A stretch of 64,000 bases of DNA. It comes from Acidimicrobiales bacterium. GTDB taxonomy: Bacteria > Actinomycetota > Acidimicrobiia > Acidimicrobiales > Bog-793. Location of the stretch: assembly GCA_049514105.1 (NCBI GenBank), contig JBEKVJ010000002.1, forward strand, positions 5,727-69,726. Reading direction: 5' to 3'. The position numbers and the translations under genes were made by a program. Within the stretch, counting starts at the first letter, position 1. Each line of letters starts with the position of its first letter. The notes beneath the pieces are model-generated. The model was not told where the DNA came from. It did not search any database and was given only the letters and a program-made list of their open reading frames with translations. Shown piece after piece: positions 48,819 through 58,700 of the stretch.

Positions 48819-49688
48819 TTAGACCCCGACGGGGTGCCAGACGGTCTTTGTCTCGAGAAAAGCCAGCATGCGCCTTGGCGTTGGGGCGGCATTCCAGTCC
48901 GCACCGCCTCTGTCCGGGCGCAGAACGCGCTTCACGTTCGTCACCGCGGCCTGTTCGAGCTCGACGAGGAGCTCTGCCGGGGCACCCGCGAGGTCCAAGG
49001 CATCAACATCGCGATGGGCGGCGAGCACGGGCGAAAGTTCGCCAACGCGTCCGGTGAGAAGGTTGACGACGCCGCCTGGAACATCAGAAGTCGCGAGCAC
49101 CTCAGCGAGGGTGATGGCGGGAAGAGGCCTTTCCTCGCTGGCGACGAGCACGACGGCGTTGCCAGTCACGAGCACCGGCGCGAGCACGCTCACGAGGCCA
49201 AGCAAAGAGGAGCTCTGGGGCGCGATCACACCGACCACGCCAGTGGGCTCTGGCACGCTGAAGTTGAAGAACGGCCCCGCCACAGGGTTGGAGGACCCGG
49301 CCACCTGGGCCACCTTGTCCGCCCAGCCCGCGTACCAAACCCAGCGGTCGACAGCAGCGTCGACGCTTTGAGCTGACTGCTTGGGCGTCGTCCCCTCGCT
49401 CGAGGCAACCTCCTCGGCGAACTGAGCGCGGCGCCCGTCCAACATCTCGGCAACACGGTAGAGGACCTGGCCTCGGTTGTAGGCGGTGGCAGCGGCCCAA
49501 GAAGACTGGGCTTTGCGTGCGGCCACGACTGCGTCCCGGACGTCTTTTCTCGAAGCCCGGGCCGCGTTGGCGAGGAATCCGCCCTTCGCGTCGACCACGA
49601 TGTAGGAGCGACCCGACTCTGATCGTGGGAAGGCCCCTGCGATGTAGAGCTTGTAGGTCTTTTTCACCGACAGGCGTTGCTCAGACAT
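48819..49688 (-). CDS. Short aldehyde dehydrogenase-like subunit lacking the catalytic domain
   Basis: 'KTYKLYIAGAFPRSESGR', 'YAGWADK', 'EPTGVVG', C-terminal 'ETKTVWHP'; no FTGS/ELGGK/catalytic Cys. Confidence 0.85.
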   Translation of the reverse strand: MSEQRLSVKKTYKLYIAGAFPRSESGRSYIVVDAKGGFLANAARASRKDVRDAVVAARKAQSSWAAATAYNRGQVLYRVAEMLDGRRAQFAEEVASSEGTTPKQSAQSVDAAVDRWVWYAGWADKVAQVAGSSNPVAGPFFNFSVPEPTGVVGVIAPQSSSLLGLVSVLAPVLVTGNAVVLVASEERPLPAITLAEVLATSDVPGGVVNLLTGRVGELSPVLAAHRDVDALDLAGAPAELLVELEQAAVTNVKRVLRPDRGGADWNAAPTPRRMLAFLETKTVWHPVGV

Positions 49689-51117
49689 CAAGGTACGCGG
49701 CCAGCCCCTGGCGGCCGCCCTCCCTCCCGAATCCCGACTCGCGATAGCCCCCGAACGGGCTCGATGGGTCGAAACGGTTGAAGCTGTTCGCCCACACGAC
49801 TCCGGCTCGCAGCTGGCCGGCCATCCACAAGATGCGACTGCCCTTTTCTGTCCAGACACCGGCGGAGAGCCCATAGACGGTGTTGTTCGCCTTCGCGACC
49901 GCCTCTTCGGGCGTGCGGAAGGTGAGCACCGAGAGCACGGGTCCGAAGATCTCCTCCTGCGCGATCCGGTGCGCCTGTGAGACCCCGGTGAACACCGTCG
50001 GGGGGAACCAGTAGCCCTGCGCTGGCAGCTCACACTCGGGCGACCAGCGCACGGCGCCTTCGGCTTCGCCCTCTTCGACCATGCTGCGGATCTTCTCGAG
50101 CTGGGCGGCGTTGTTGATAGCACCGAGATCGGTGTTCTTGTCCAACGGGTCGCCGACACGAAGCGTCCCGAGACGCCGCTTCAGCTTTTCGATCACTACA
50201 TCGGCGATTGACTCTTGCACCAACAGGCGCGAGCCTGCGCAGCAGACCTCGCCCTGGTTGAAGAAGATGCCGTTGACGATGCCCTCGACGGCCTGGTCGA
50301 CCGGGGCGTCGTCGAAGACGATGTTCGCGGCCTTGCCGCCGAGCTCGAGGGTGAGGTGTTTTCCCGTGCCGGCGAGCGCGCGCTGGAGGTCCTTGCCGAT
50401 CTCTGTCGAGCCGGTGAAAGCCACCTTGTCGACCCCCGGGTGAGAGACGAGCGCCGCGCCGCAGATGGACCCGGCCCCGGTGAGGACGTTGACGACCCCG
50501 GGCGGGAGGTCAGCCTGCTGGATGATCTCCGCGAGGAGCAGAGCTGACAGTGGGGTCGTCGTCGCCGGCTTTAGGACACAGGTGTTGCCGGCCGCGAGCG
50601 CCGGGGCAAGCTTCCAGGCCGCCATCATCAACGGAAAGTTCCACGGGATGACCTGCCCGGCCACTCCAAGTGGGCGCGGGTCGGGACCGAAACCTGCGTA
50701 GTCGAGCTTGTCCGCCCACCCCGCGTAGTAGAAGAAGTGGGCTGCAGCCAACGGCACATCGACGTCGCGTGACTCCCGGATGGGCTTTCCGTTGTCGAGG
50801 CTCTCGAGCACGGCCAGCTCTCTGGAGCGCTCCTGGATCATGCGGGCGATCCGGTAGAGGTACTTCGCCCGCTCGGCACCGGGCATAGGACCCCAGACGT
50901 TCTTCTGGGCGCGAGCGGCCGCTTCCACCGCGAGGTCGACGTCGGCCACGCTGGCGGCGGCGATGTCTGCCAGCACCTCCTCGGTGGCGGGGTTCTCGGT
51001 CTTGTACGCGTTGGCGCCGGTGGCTTCGACGAAGGCGCCGTCTATGAACAACCCGTAGGACGAGTGGATGTCGACAATGGCCCGCGACTCGGGCGCCGGT
51101 GCGTAGTCCCAGGTCAT
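49681..51117 (-). CDS. Aldehyde dehydrogenase (catalytic subunit)
   Basis: 'IPWNFP', 'LKPA', 'FTGST', 'LELGGK', 'FNQGEVCCAG', 'EEIFGP', 'FGGYRESG'. Confidence 0.95.
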   Translation of the reverse strand: MTWDYAPAPESRAIVDIHSSYGLFIDGAFVEATGANAYKTENPATEEVLADIAAASVADVDLAVEAAARAQKNVWGPMPGAERAKYLYRIARMIQERSRELAVLESLDNGKPIRESRDVDVPLAAAHFFYYAGWADKLDYAGFGPDPRPLGVAGQVIPWNFPLMMAAWKLAPALAAGNTCVLKPATTTPLSALLLAEIIQQADLPPGVVNVLTGAGSICGAALVSHPGVDKVAFTGSTEIGKDLQRALAGTGKHLTLELGGKAANIVFDDAPVDQAVEGIVNGIFFNQGEVCCAGSRLLVQESIADVVIEKLKRRLGTLRVGDPLDKNTDLGAINNAAQLEKIRSMVEEGEAEGAVRWSPECELPAQGYWFPPTVFTGVSQAHRIAQEEIFGPVLSVLTFRTPEEAVAKANNTVYGLSAGVWTEKGSRILWMAGQLRAGVVWANSFNRFDPSSPFGGYRESGFGREGGRQGLAAYLDV

Positions 51118-51121
51118 CGCG

Positions 51122-52174
51122 TCATGACAGGCTGTAGTCCTCGGTTCCGGCATAGGCGCCCGTGAGCTGCTTGGAACGCTGCATCAAAAGGTCGTTCAAA
51201 AGGCTGGAAGCGCCGAAGCGGAACAGGGACGGGTGAAGCCAGTCCTCGCCGACGGTCTCGTTCACGATGACGAGGTACCTGATGGCGTCCTTGGCATTTC
51301 GGATGCCACCGGCAACCTTTACCCCCACGCGTGTGCCCGTGAGGTCGGCGAAGTCCCGCACGGCCTCCAGCATGACAAGCGCTACGGGGAGCGTCGCGGA
51401 TGGGCTGACCTTGCCGGTCGAGGTCTTTATGAAATCTGCCCCGCCCACCATCGCCAGATAGCTTGCCCGCCTGACGTTGTCGTAGGTGACGAGCTCGCCT
51501 GTCTCCAAGATCACCTTCAGGTGCGCGGTGCCGCAGGCCTGTTTCACTGCCTGTACTTCCTCGAGGACGAGGCCATAACGCCCGCTCAAGAACGCCCCCC
51601 GGTCGATGACCATGTCGACTTCGTCGGCGCCGGCCATGACCGCATCTCGGACGTCCGCGAGCTTGACCTCGAGTGAGGCCCGCCCCGAGGGGAACGCCGT
51701 CGCGACAGCTGCGACCGCCACTGAGCTGCCCGCCAAAGCACGTTTGGCCACCGGTACCAGGTCCGAGTAGATGCACACGGCGGCGACCGACGGAACCGCA
51801 GGGTCTCCCGGGTCTGGTCGAATGGCTTTCGCACACAGGCTGAGGACCTTGCCGGGTGTGTCGGCTCCTTCGAGTGTGGTCAGGTCCACCATCCGCACGG
51901 CCATCTCAAGTGCCCACAGCTTGGCTGAGGTCTTGATCGAGCGCGTTGCCAGTGACGCCGCCCTCGACTCGGCACCGACCTGGTCGACTCCCGGTAGGCC
52001 GTGAAGGAAACGGCGCAACTCGGTCTCCGATCGCCCCAGGTAGGCGAGCATCTCCGCAGCCGAGCCGCCCGAACCGACTACGGTCGTGCCCGCACCCGGC
52101 GTGGCAGAAAGCGGCCGCCGGGCGTCCAGGACAAGGCCGCCGGGCGCGTCAACAGAACTGGGCGCGCCCATCAT
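51122..52174 (-). CDS. deoC: Deoxyribose-phosphate aldolase
   Basis: 'DLTTLEG', 'GADEVDMVI', '[10 protein letters not shown]', 'FIKTSTGK', 'KVAGGIR', 'RFGASSL'; start uncertain. Confidence 0.94.
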   Translation of the reverse strand: MMGAPSSVDAPGGLVLDARRPLSATPGAGTTVVGSGGSAAEMLAYLGRSETELRRFLHGLPGVDQVGAESRAASLATRSIKTSAKLWALEMAVRMVDLTTLEGADTPGKVLSLCAKAIRPDPGDPAVPSVAAVCIYSDLVPVAKRALAGSSVAVAAVATAFPSGRASLEVKLADVRDAVMAGADEVDMVIDRGAFLSGRYGLVLEEVQAVKQACGTAHLKVILETGELVTYDNVRRASYLAMVGGADFIKTSTGKVSPSATLPVALVMLEAVRDFADLTGTRVGVKVAGGIRNAKDAIRYLVIVNETVGEDWLHPSLFRFGASSLLNDLLMQRSKQLTGAYAGTEDYSLS

Positions 52175-52317
52175 CGCTTCTGTCTCCAAGTGTCCCACCT
52201 CAATGCTCTTCCGGTGATCGAGCCTATCCTGCGAACGTCTCGAATCGAAATGCCCGCCAGCTCGGAGGCTCTCCGGGCCGATCGGCCGAAGGGGCAAAGC
52301 GAGAGGAAAATAGCTGC

Positions 52318-53553
52318 ATGGCGAACTTTGACTCGACCGGCCTCGGCGTCCACTCCGAGGTGGGAAAGCTCCGCCAGGTAATCGTCCACCGGCCGGGGCT
52401 CGAGCTCTCGCGCCTAACGCCACAGAACCTCGCTGAGATGCTCTTCGACGGCGTCGTCTGGGTGGCGAAGGCGAACGAGGAGCATGACGCCTTTGTCGAA
52501 TCCCTCCGCCAACGTGGTGTCCGCGTGCACCACTTCGAGCAGCTTTTGACAGAAGTCCTCGCGCTCGACGAGGGCCGCTCGTTCGTCTTAGACCGGATCT
52601 GTACCGAGGACATCGTCGGCACCACGCTCGTCGACCCGCTTCGCGCCTTTTTCGAGGACCTCGACTGCGAAACCTTGTGCAGCTGTCTCGTCGGTGGCGT
52701 GCTCAAGGGCGACCTCCAGCCCATGAGCGCCAACAGCTTGAAGTGGGAGAGCCTCCACGCCGACGACTTCTTGTTGGCGCCGCTTCCCAACCACCTGTTC
52801 CAGCGCGACAACGTCTGTTGGATCTACGACGGCGTGTCGATCAACCCGATGGCTAAGCTCGCACGCCAGCGCGAGACCCTGCACAACCGGGCCATCTACC
52901 GCTACCACCCGATGTTCGCAGGCGCGGACTTTCTCACCTACTACGGCGACGACGATGCCAACCATCTGCCCGCCTCGGTCGAGGGTGGCGACGTCCATGT
53001 GATCGGCAACAAGACGGTGATGATCGGGATGGGCGAACGCACCACGCCGATGGGTGCCGAGATCCTGACCAAGCGCCTGTTCGCCTCGGGCCAAGTGGAC
53101 AAGGTCATCGCCGTCGAGCTGCCGAAGACCCGCTCGATGATGCACCTTGACACGGCCATGACGATGATCGACAAGACCACATTCGTCCTCTACCCGTACT
53201 TCGACCGCCAAGCTCGCTCATGGACCGTCACCCTGGATGATGCCGGCGGGTTCGACGTTGCCCGCAACGACAACCTCTGGGAGACGATCGCCTCGGCGAT
53301 AGGCGTGGACACGGTGACAGTGCTCGCAATCGATTCCGATGTTCGCGCAGCCGAGCGTGAGCAGTGGGACGACGGCACTAACTATCTCGCCGTTTCGCCC
53401 GGGGTTCTTTTCGGCTACGACCGTAACGAGGCGACGAACACGATGCTGGAGCACAACGGGTTCGAGGTCGTGACTATCTCAGGAAGTGAGCTTGGACGTG
53501 GCCGGGGCGGCCCGCGGTGCATGACGTGTCCTATCGAGCGGGACCCGGCCTGA
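52318..53553 (+). CDS. arcA: Arginine deiminase
   Basis: SD GAGAGG; 'VHSEVGKL', '[10 protein letters not shown]', 'EGGD', 'MHLDT', 'EQWDDG', '[15 protein letters not shown]'. Confidence 0.95.
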   Translation: MANFDSTGLGVHSEVGKLRQVIVHRPGLELSRLTPQNLAEMLFDGVVWVAKANEEHDAFVESLRQRGVRVHHFEQLLTEVLALDEGRSFVLDRICTEDIVGTTLVDPLRAFFEDLDCETLCSCLVGGVLKGDLQPMSANSLKWESLHADDFLLAPLPNHLFQRDNVCWIYDGVSINPMAKLARQRETLHNRAIYRYHPMFAGADFLTYYGDDDANHLPASVEGGDVHVIGNKTVMIGMGERTTPMGAEILTKRLFASGQVDKVIAVELPKTRSMMHLDTAMTMIDKTTFVLYPYFDRQARSWTVTLDDAGGFDVARNDNLWETIASAIGVDTVTVLAIDSDVRAAEREQWDDGTNYLAVSPGVLFGYDRNEATNTMLEHNGFEVVTISGSELGRGRGGPRCMTCPIERDPA

Positions 53554-53578
53554 GCTGAAACAAGCGCCGATTACCGAC

Positions 53579-54661
53579 TCAGTCCCACGCCCAGCCGCCC
53601 GAGCTCTCTGCAGCCGGGGTTCTTAGCTCGCTTCGGATCAGCATCGACTTGTAGTCAACGGGACGCGAAGAGCTGTGGCTCGAGGATCCGGTACCCTGCG
53701 CCCCGGAACTCTGGTGGTCGTCGTGGTGAGCTTCGTAGCGATAGCCCAGGCCGCGAATCGTGACGATACGCACCGGGTTCTCCGGGTCGTCCTCGATCCG
53801 GGCGCGCAACCGGTTGATCAGGGTCGAGAGGATCTTCCCGCTGCCGTCGAAGTCTGAACCCCAGATGCGCTCGAGCAAGGTCCGGCGCAACAAAAGCATG
53901 CCCGCCCCGCGCAGGAGCTCCTCGAGGAGACGGAACTCCTGTCGGGTGAGCTCGACCCGCTCGCCTCGAACGAAGACCTCGTGCCGGTCCGGATCCAGCT
54001 GGAGGTCGTCGACCACCAGAACTTCCGGATTCGTCGGTTCCGCCGTCGCGGTGGAAGCAACTGCCGGTGCGGCCGCGGGCGGTGACCCAGCTGCCTCGGC
54101 GCGGCGCGGAACGCTGCGGCGAAGCACGGCTCGGATGCGAGCGACAAGAACTCTGATGGGGTAAGGCCTGGCAAGGAAATCGTCCGCACCGACCTCCATC
54201 GCAAGCACGACGTCTAGCTCGTCAGAGCGCGAGCTCAACACGATCACCGGAACGGCAGTAAATGTCTCCCTGATGTGCCTCGTCAGATCTATCCCAGAAA
54301 AGCCAGGCAGAATCGCATCAACGATCACGATATCTGGGCTGATGGCGCGTAGTACTTCGAGCCCGGACGCGCCATCTCTGACCCACGTCACCGCGAAACC
54401 CTCGCGCTCGAGCCCGACTCGGATGGCTGCACCTTGGGTCTCGTCACCCTCGACGACAAGGACGGTGGTAGCGCCTCGAAGTGGACCCACCGGTTCTTGG
54501 GCATCTCTAGAATCCGAACGGAGCACGATCGATTCGTCTGTCGCGTCGTCCGCTGGCGGGCCGGGCACTGACTCGTGCCTGAGTTCGACATCACGGGCGT
54601 GACCAGCATCGCTCTCAGCGACGTCAACCAGTTTCGCGAGGATTGGATCCCACAGAGCCAC
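53579..54661 (-). CDS. Orphan OmpR/PhoB-family response regulator with atypical receiver
   Basis: Receiver ('IVIVDAILP', 'GADDFLARP') plus winged helix ('LTRQEFRLL', 'IVTIRGLGY'); start uncertain. Confidence 0.85.
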   Translation of the reverse strand: MALWDPILAKLVDVAESDAGHARDVELRHESVPGPPADDATDESIVLRSDSRDAQEPVGPLRGATTVLVVEGDETQGAAIRVGLEREGFAVTWVRDGASGLEVLRAISPDIVIVDAILPGFSGIDLTRHIRETFTAVPVIVLSSRSDELDVVLAMEVGADDFLARPYPIRVLVARIRAVLRRSVPRRAEAAGSPPAAAPAVASTATAEPTNPEVLVVDDLQLDPDRHEVFVRGERVELTRQEFRLLEELLRGAGMLLLRRTLLERIWGSDFDGSGKILSTLINRLRARIEDDPENPVRIVTIRGLGYRYEAHHDDHQSSGAQGTGSSSHSSSRPVDYKSMLIRSELRTPAAESSGGWAWD

Positions 54662-55104
54662 GGCGGACGCAACCTAAACAAAGCCCATGAACGCAGCATG
54701 AATCGTGGTCGCCGTGATGATGAAGCTCGGGTGAATGTTGCGTCACACACTGCGCCATAACCGATCCTGTGATGGGCCGCACGGAGGGTTAGTGTCGGTC
54801 CTCAGATCAGTCCGAGACCATTCGACGAGTCGCATCACAGCCCAAAGGTGATCCGTTCGCCTTCTCCGGTACTGAGCTCCCCGTACCGCGGCCCGCCCTC
54901 GCCAATCCCTTATCGGCTGACTTCGCTCGGTTAAATCACGAAAGACACGAGGGCCGATCTCACTGTGTGGCCGGAGGATCGCGTCGTCGAAAACCAGCTA
55001 AAGAAGGACCTTGAGGGTATCGCCACCCTCTGATGCGCCTAGAAGGAGGGACCGAAGCGAAGTCGTCGAAGTTGTCAGATCGAAAGAGTTGGGCCGTATT
55101 CGTC

Positions 55105-55638
55105 TCAAGTCGTCGCGCCTGCGGCATCTAGCTCGGACGCAGTAAAAAGGGGCGTCACGCTAAGCCCTGCGCCCTTGAGAAGACCATGGTCGCCGTGGCT
55201 TCGGTCAATGATGCACAGCACGTGATCGACGTTCGCTCCGAGCCTGCGGAGGTCTTCTGTCGACATCGCGACCTGTCCTCCCGTTGTAATCACGTCCTCG
55301 ACGACAAGGACACGCCGACCCCAGAGGGGACGGCCTTCGGCGAGCTTGGCGGTGCCGTACTGCTTTGCCACCTTGCGCACGAACACGGCCTCGAGTCCCG
55401 TCGCGAGGGAGAGCGCCGTCGCTATTGGAACGCCACCGAGCTCAAGGCCCGCGAGAACCTCTGTGCCGGGTGGTATGAGGGGGACCGCGTGGGCCGCCAC
55501 CTCCCGTAAGAGCTCCGGAGCGCCTTCGAACTGGTACTTATCGAAGTAGTAGTCCGCGATCTGGCCAGAGCGAAGGGTGAAGGTCCCGGTCAACCGGCAG
55601 CAGCCGTTGATGCGAGCGGCGAGCGTAGGTCTGTCCAT
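55105..55638 (-). CDS. pyrE: Orotate phosphoribosyltransferase
   Basis: 'GTFTLRSG...YFDKY', 'GLELGGVP', 'FVRK..K.YGT', 'VEDVITTGG'. Confidence 0.92.
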   Translation of the reverse strand: MDRPTLAARINGCCRLTGTFTLRSGQIADYYFDKYQFEGAPELLREVAAHAVPLIPPGTEVLAGLELGGVPIATALSLATGLEAVFVRKVAKQYGTAKLAEGRPLWGRRVLVVEDVITTGGQVAMSTEDLRRLGANVDHVLCIIDRSHGDHGLLKGAGLSVTPLFTASELDAAGATT

Positions 55639-55785
55639 CGCCGACATTCTGTCGCGTAGCTCAAGGTCAGCGGTCATAAACCCGATACCCACTCTTGGTG
55701 ATATGAAAACGCACGGTGCGCGCGCGGCCTACCATCAGGGGACGTTGGCGGTCTGGGTGAAACTGACGTGAAAGGCGGGAGGAAC

Positions 55786-58700
55786 GTGAAACTGTCGCGG
55801 AAGTTGGCGTCGACATTGCACGTCGCTTCGATATTCGCCCTCGGCGCAGTACTTGTGCCCCTTCTTGCAACCGCTGCCGGGGCGCAGACGATCAGCCAGA
55901 CCGGAGACGAGACTGGAACGACAACGGTGGCGCTCAGCTCGTCGTTCAGCTTCCAGATCGAAACGGCAGGTGGAGACGGACAGCCGCTCGTCTTCACCGC
56001 CTCGGGTCCCTCCAGTCCTGCGGGCCTTTTCGTCTCTTCAGGCGGTGTCATCTCGTCGGGAGACACGACGCTTGATACTGGCACCTACACCCTCACCGGC
56101 AGTGTCGACGACGACGTTCCAGCGGACACCGGGCCATGGACCTACGCGCTCACCGTTAGCGCGACGACGCTCAACCAGACCTCGGCAACCTCGGGCTCGA
56201 CAACGCCAGCAGCCAGCTCGACCTTCAGCGCGAATCTGACGGCGAGCGGCGGTACAGGTGTGGTCACATTCTCCGCGTCGGGCGCATCTACCCCCCCAGG
56301 ACTTTCCGTATCAGACGGCGTCGTCTCGTCTGGTGGCGCGACGCTCAATTCGGACAGCTATTCCATCACGGGCACAGACTCGGATATCTACGGCGACGAC
56401 GGGTCATGGACATACACCTTGACGGTGGCGATCGCCCAAACCTCACCTTTCTCCGGCACCGTGGCCGCCGGATCACCTTTCAACGGTCAGCTGAATTCTG
56501 ATGGTGGAGTGGGCACTGTCTCCTACTCCCAGGTGAGTGGATCGGATGACATAACCGTCTCGAGCAGCGGAGCCATCTTTGCTTCGGACACATTGCCAGC
56601 GGGCACTTACATAGCCTCAGGCACCGACAGCGACACCGATGTGCCCGCCAACACCGGCACCTGGACATACACCTTGACGGTGGCGATCGCCCAAACCTCA
56701 CCTTTCTCCGGCACCGTGGCCGCCGGATCACCTTTCAACGGTCAGCTGAATTCTGACGGTGGAGCGGGCACTGTCTCCTACTCCCAGGAGAGTGGATCGG
56801 ATGACATAACCGTCTCAAGCAGCGGAGCCATCTTTGCTTCCGACACATTGCCAGCGGGCACTTACATAGCCTCAGGCACCGACAGCGACACCGATGTGCC
56901 CGCCAACACCGGCACCTGGACCTTCACCTTGACTGTCAACATCGCTCAGGCGTCACCTCTGTCGGGCTCGACCACTCCGGACGCCAGCGGCATGTTCACC
57001 GACCAGCTGAAAACGAACGGTACGACTGCGCAGGTCAGATTCCTTGCCAGCGGCCCCTCAAGCCCGCCGGGCCTCACTGTCACCATCGGGGGCGACGTAC
57101 AGACAACAGGCACTCTCTCGCTGGGCACGTACACGCTCCATGGCACCGACTCCGACGTCGCCGGTGATGTCGGAACCTGGACCTACGCGCTTGCGGTCGC
57201 GAGCACGACGATCGAGCAAAACCCGCAGACGGGCTCGACGACGACCACGGGCAGCCCAACTTTCACCGACCAGCTGGTGACGAGTGGCGGAGTTACCGGA
57301 TCGGTCGACTTCACGACTACGGCATCCTCCGGCCCCCCCGGAGTGTCCGTCAGCGAAACCGGTGCGGTGTCAACGACGGGTCAACTCGCAGTCGGCGTCT
57401 ACACCGCCTCGGGCACGGACTCCGACGGCCTCTCGTACGGCGACACCGGGCACTGGAGCTACACCCTTGATGTGACAGGCGTGACAATCGAGCAGGGCTC
57501 GCCGACCGGCAACGGTCCTATGGTCACTCCCGCCGGCAGCGCAGGCTGGACTGACGAGCTGGACACATCCGGTGGGATCGAAGGCGTCACCTTCGTAGTC
57601 ACAAGCATCCCGACCTCGACCGCACTCGCCGTCAGCTCCTCGGGTGCTGTGTCAACGACAGGCCAGCTCGCTGTCGGTTCGTACAGCATCTCAGGGACCG
57701 ACGCGGACGCTTACGGAGACATAGGAACGTGGAACTACACCCTGATCGTCTCTCCTGCAACCCTCGTCCAAAGCGCTCCCCAGACGAACTCGGTCGCCCC
57801 GAGCGCCAGCGCTAGCTTCAAGACGCAACTGAACACCCAGAACAACGTCGGGGCACTCAGCTTCGTCACCTTCTCGACATCCGGACCTACTGGCGCGACA
57901 ACCGGGATCGTGGTCTCCTCTTCGGGCGTGGTCTCTGCGACCGGGACGCTCGAGTTAGGCACATACCGCGCCTCGGGTAGCGACACCGATGCCTACGGCG
58001 ACACCGGGGCATGGTCTTTCACCTTGACCGTTTCCGCGAGCGCGATCACTCAGCTCGGTCCCTTCGCTAACTCGAAGGTGCTCACGCCCGCCACGAGCTC
58101 GAGCTTCACCGATCAGCTGAAAACCACCACCAGCAAGGTCACCTTCACCGTCACTGCGTCGAGCCCAACTGGGCTTGTCGTCTCGGCCTCTGGGCGCGTC
58201 TCGACTAAGGGAGCTCTCGCCGCCGGCACCTACACGGTCTCGGGCACCGACTCGGACGGCTTGGGTGACCATGGGTCTTGGGGCTTTTCGGCAACGGTCA
58301 CGCCCACCAAGATCACCCAGGCTGCCCCGGCTAGCGCCAAGACCTCGACGGGGAAAGTCTTTGCCGGCCAGTTGAAGGTTTCTGATTCCTACGGCACCGT
58401 CACCTTCGCGCAGACCTCAGGCAAGCCATACCTGACGGTCTCGTCCAAGGGCGTGGTGTCGGCAGTGGGCGACCTGCGAGCCGGGACCTACAGGGCAACG
58501 GGTTCTGCGTCGGACAACTACCGTGACGACCGGGGCAATTGGACCTTCTCTTTGACCGTGACAGCAACGAAGATCACCCAGGCCATCCCGACGACGGCCG
58601 CCACTACGACCGGCAAGACCTTTTCCACCCGACTCAAGCTCTCCGGCTCGCACGGCACCGTCACCTTCGCCCAGGTGAGCGGGGCGCCCCACCTGAAGAT

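Noticed and set aside
54767-54840. CTGTGATG/CATCACAG inverted repeat as a riboswitch
   Set aside because: Only 8 bp, and no known riboswitch consensus recognised; needs an Rfam search.
56407-56921. CRISPR array or diversity-generating retroelement template/variable repeat
   Set aside because: Contiguous in-frame domain duplication without spacers; differences are not adenine-specific and no reverse transcriptase or cas gene is present.
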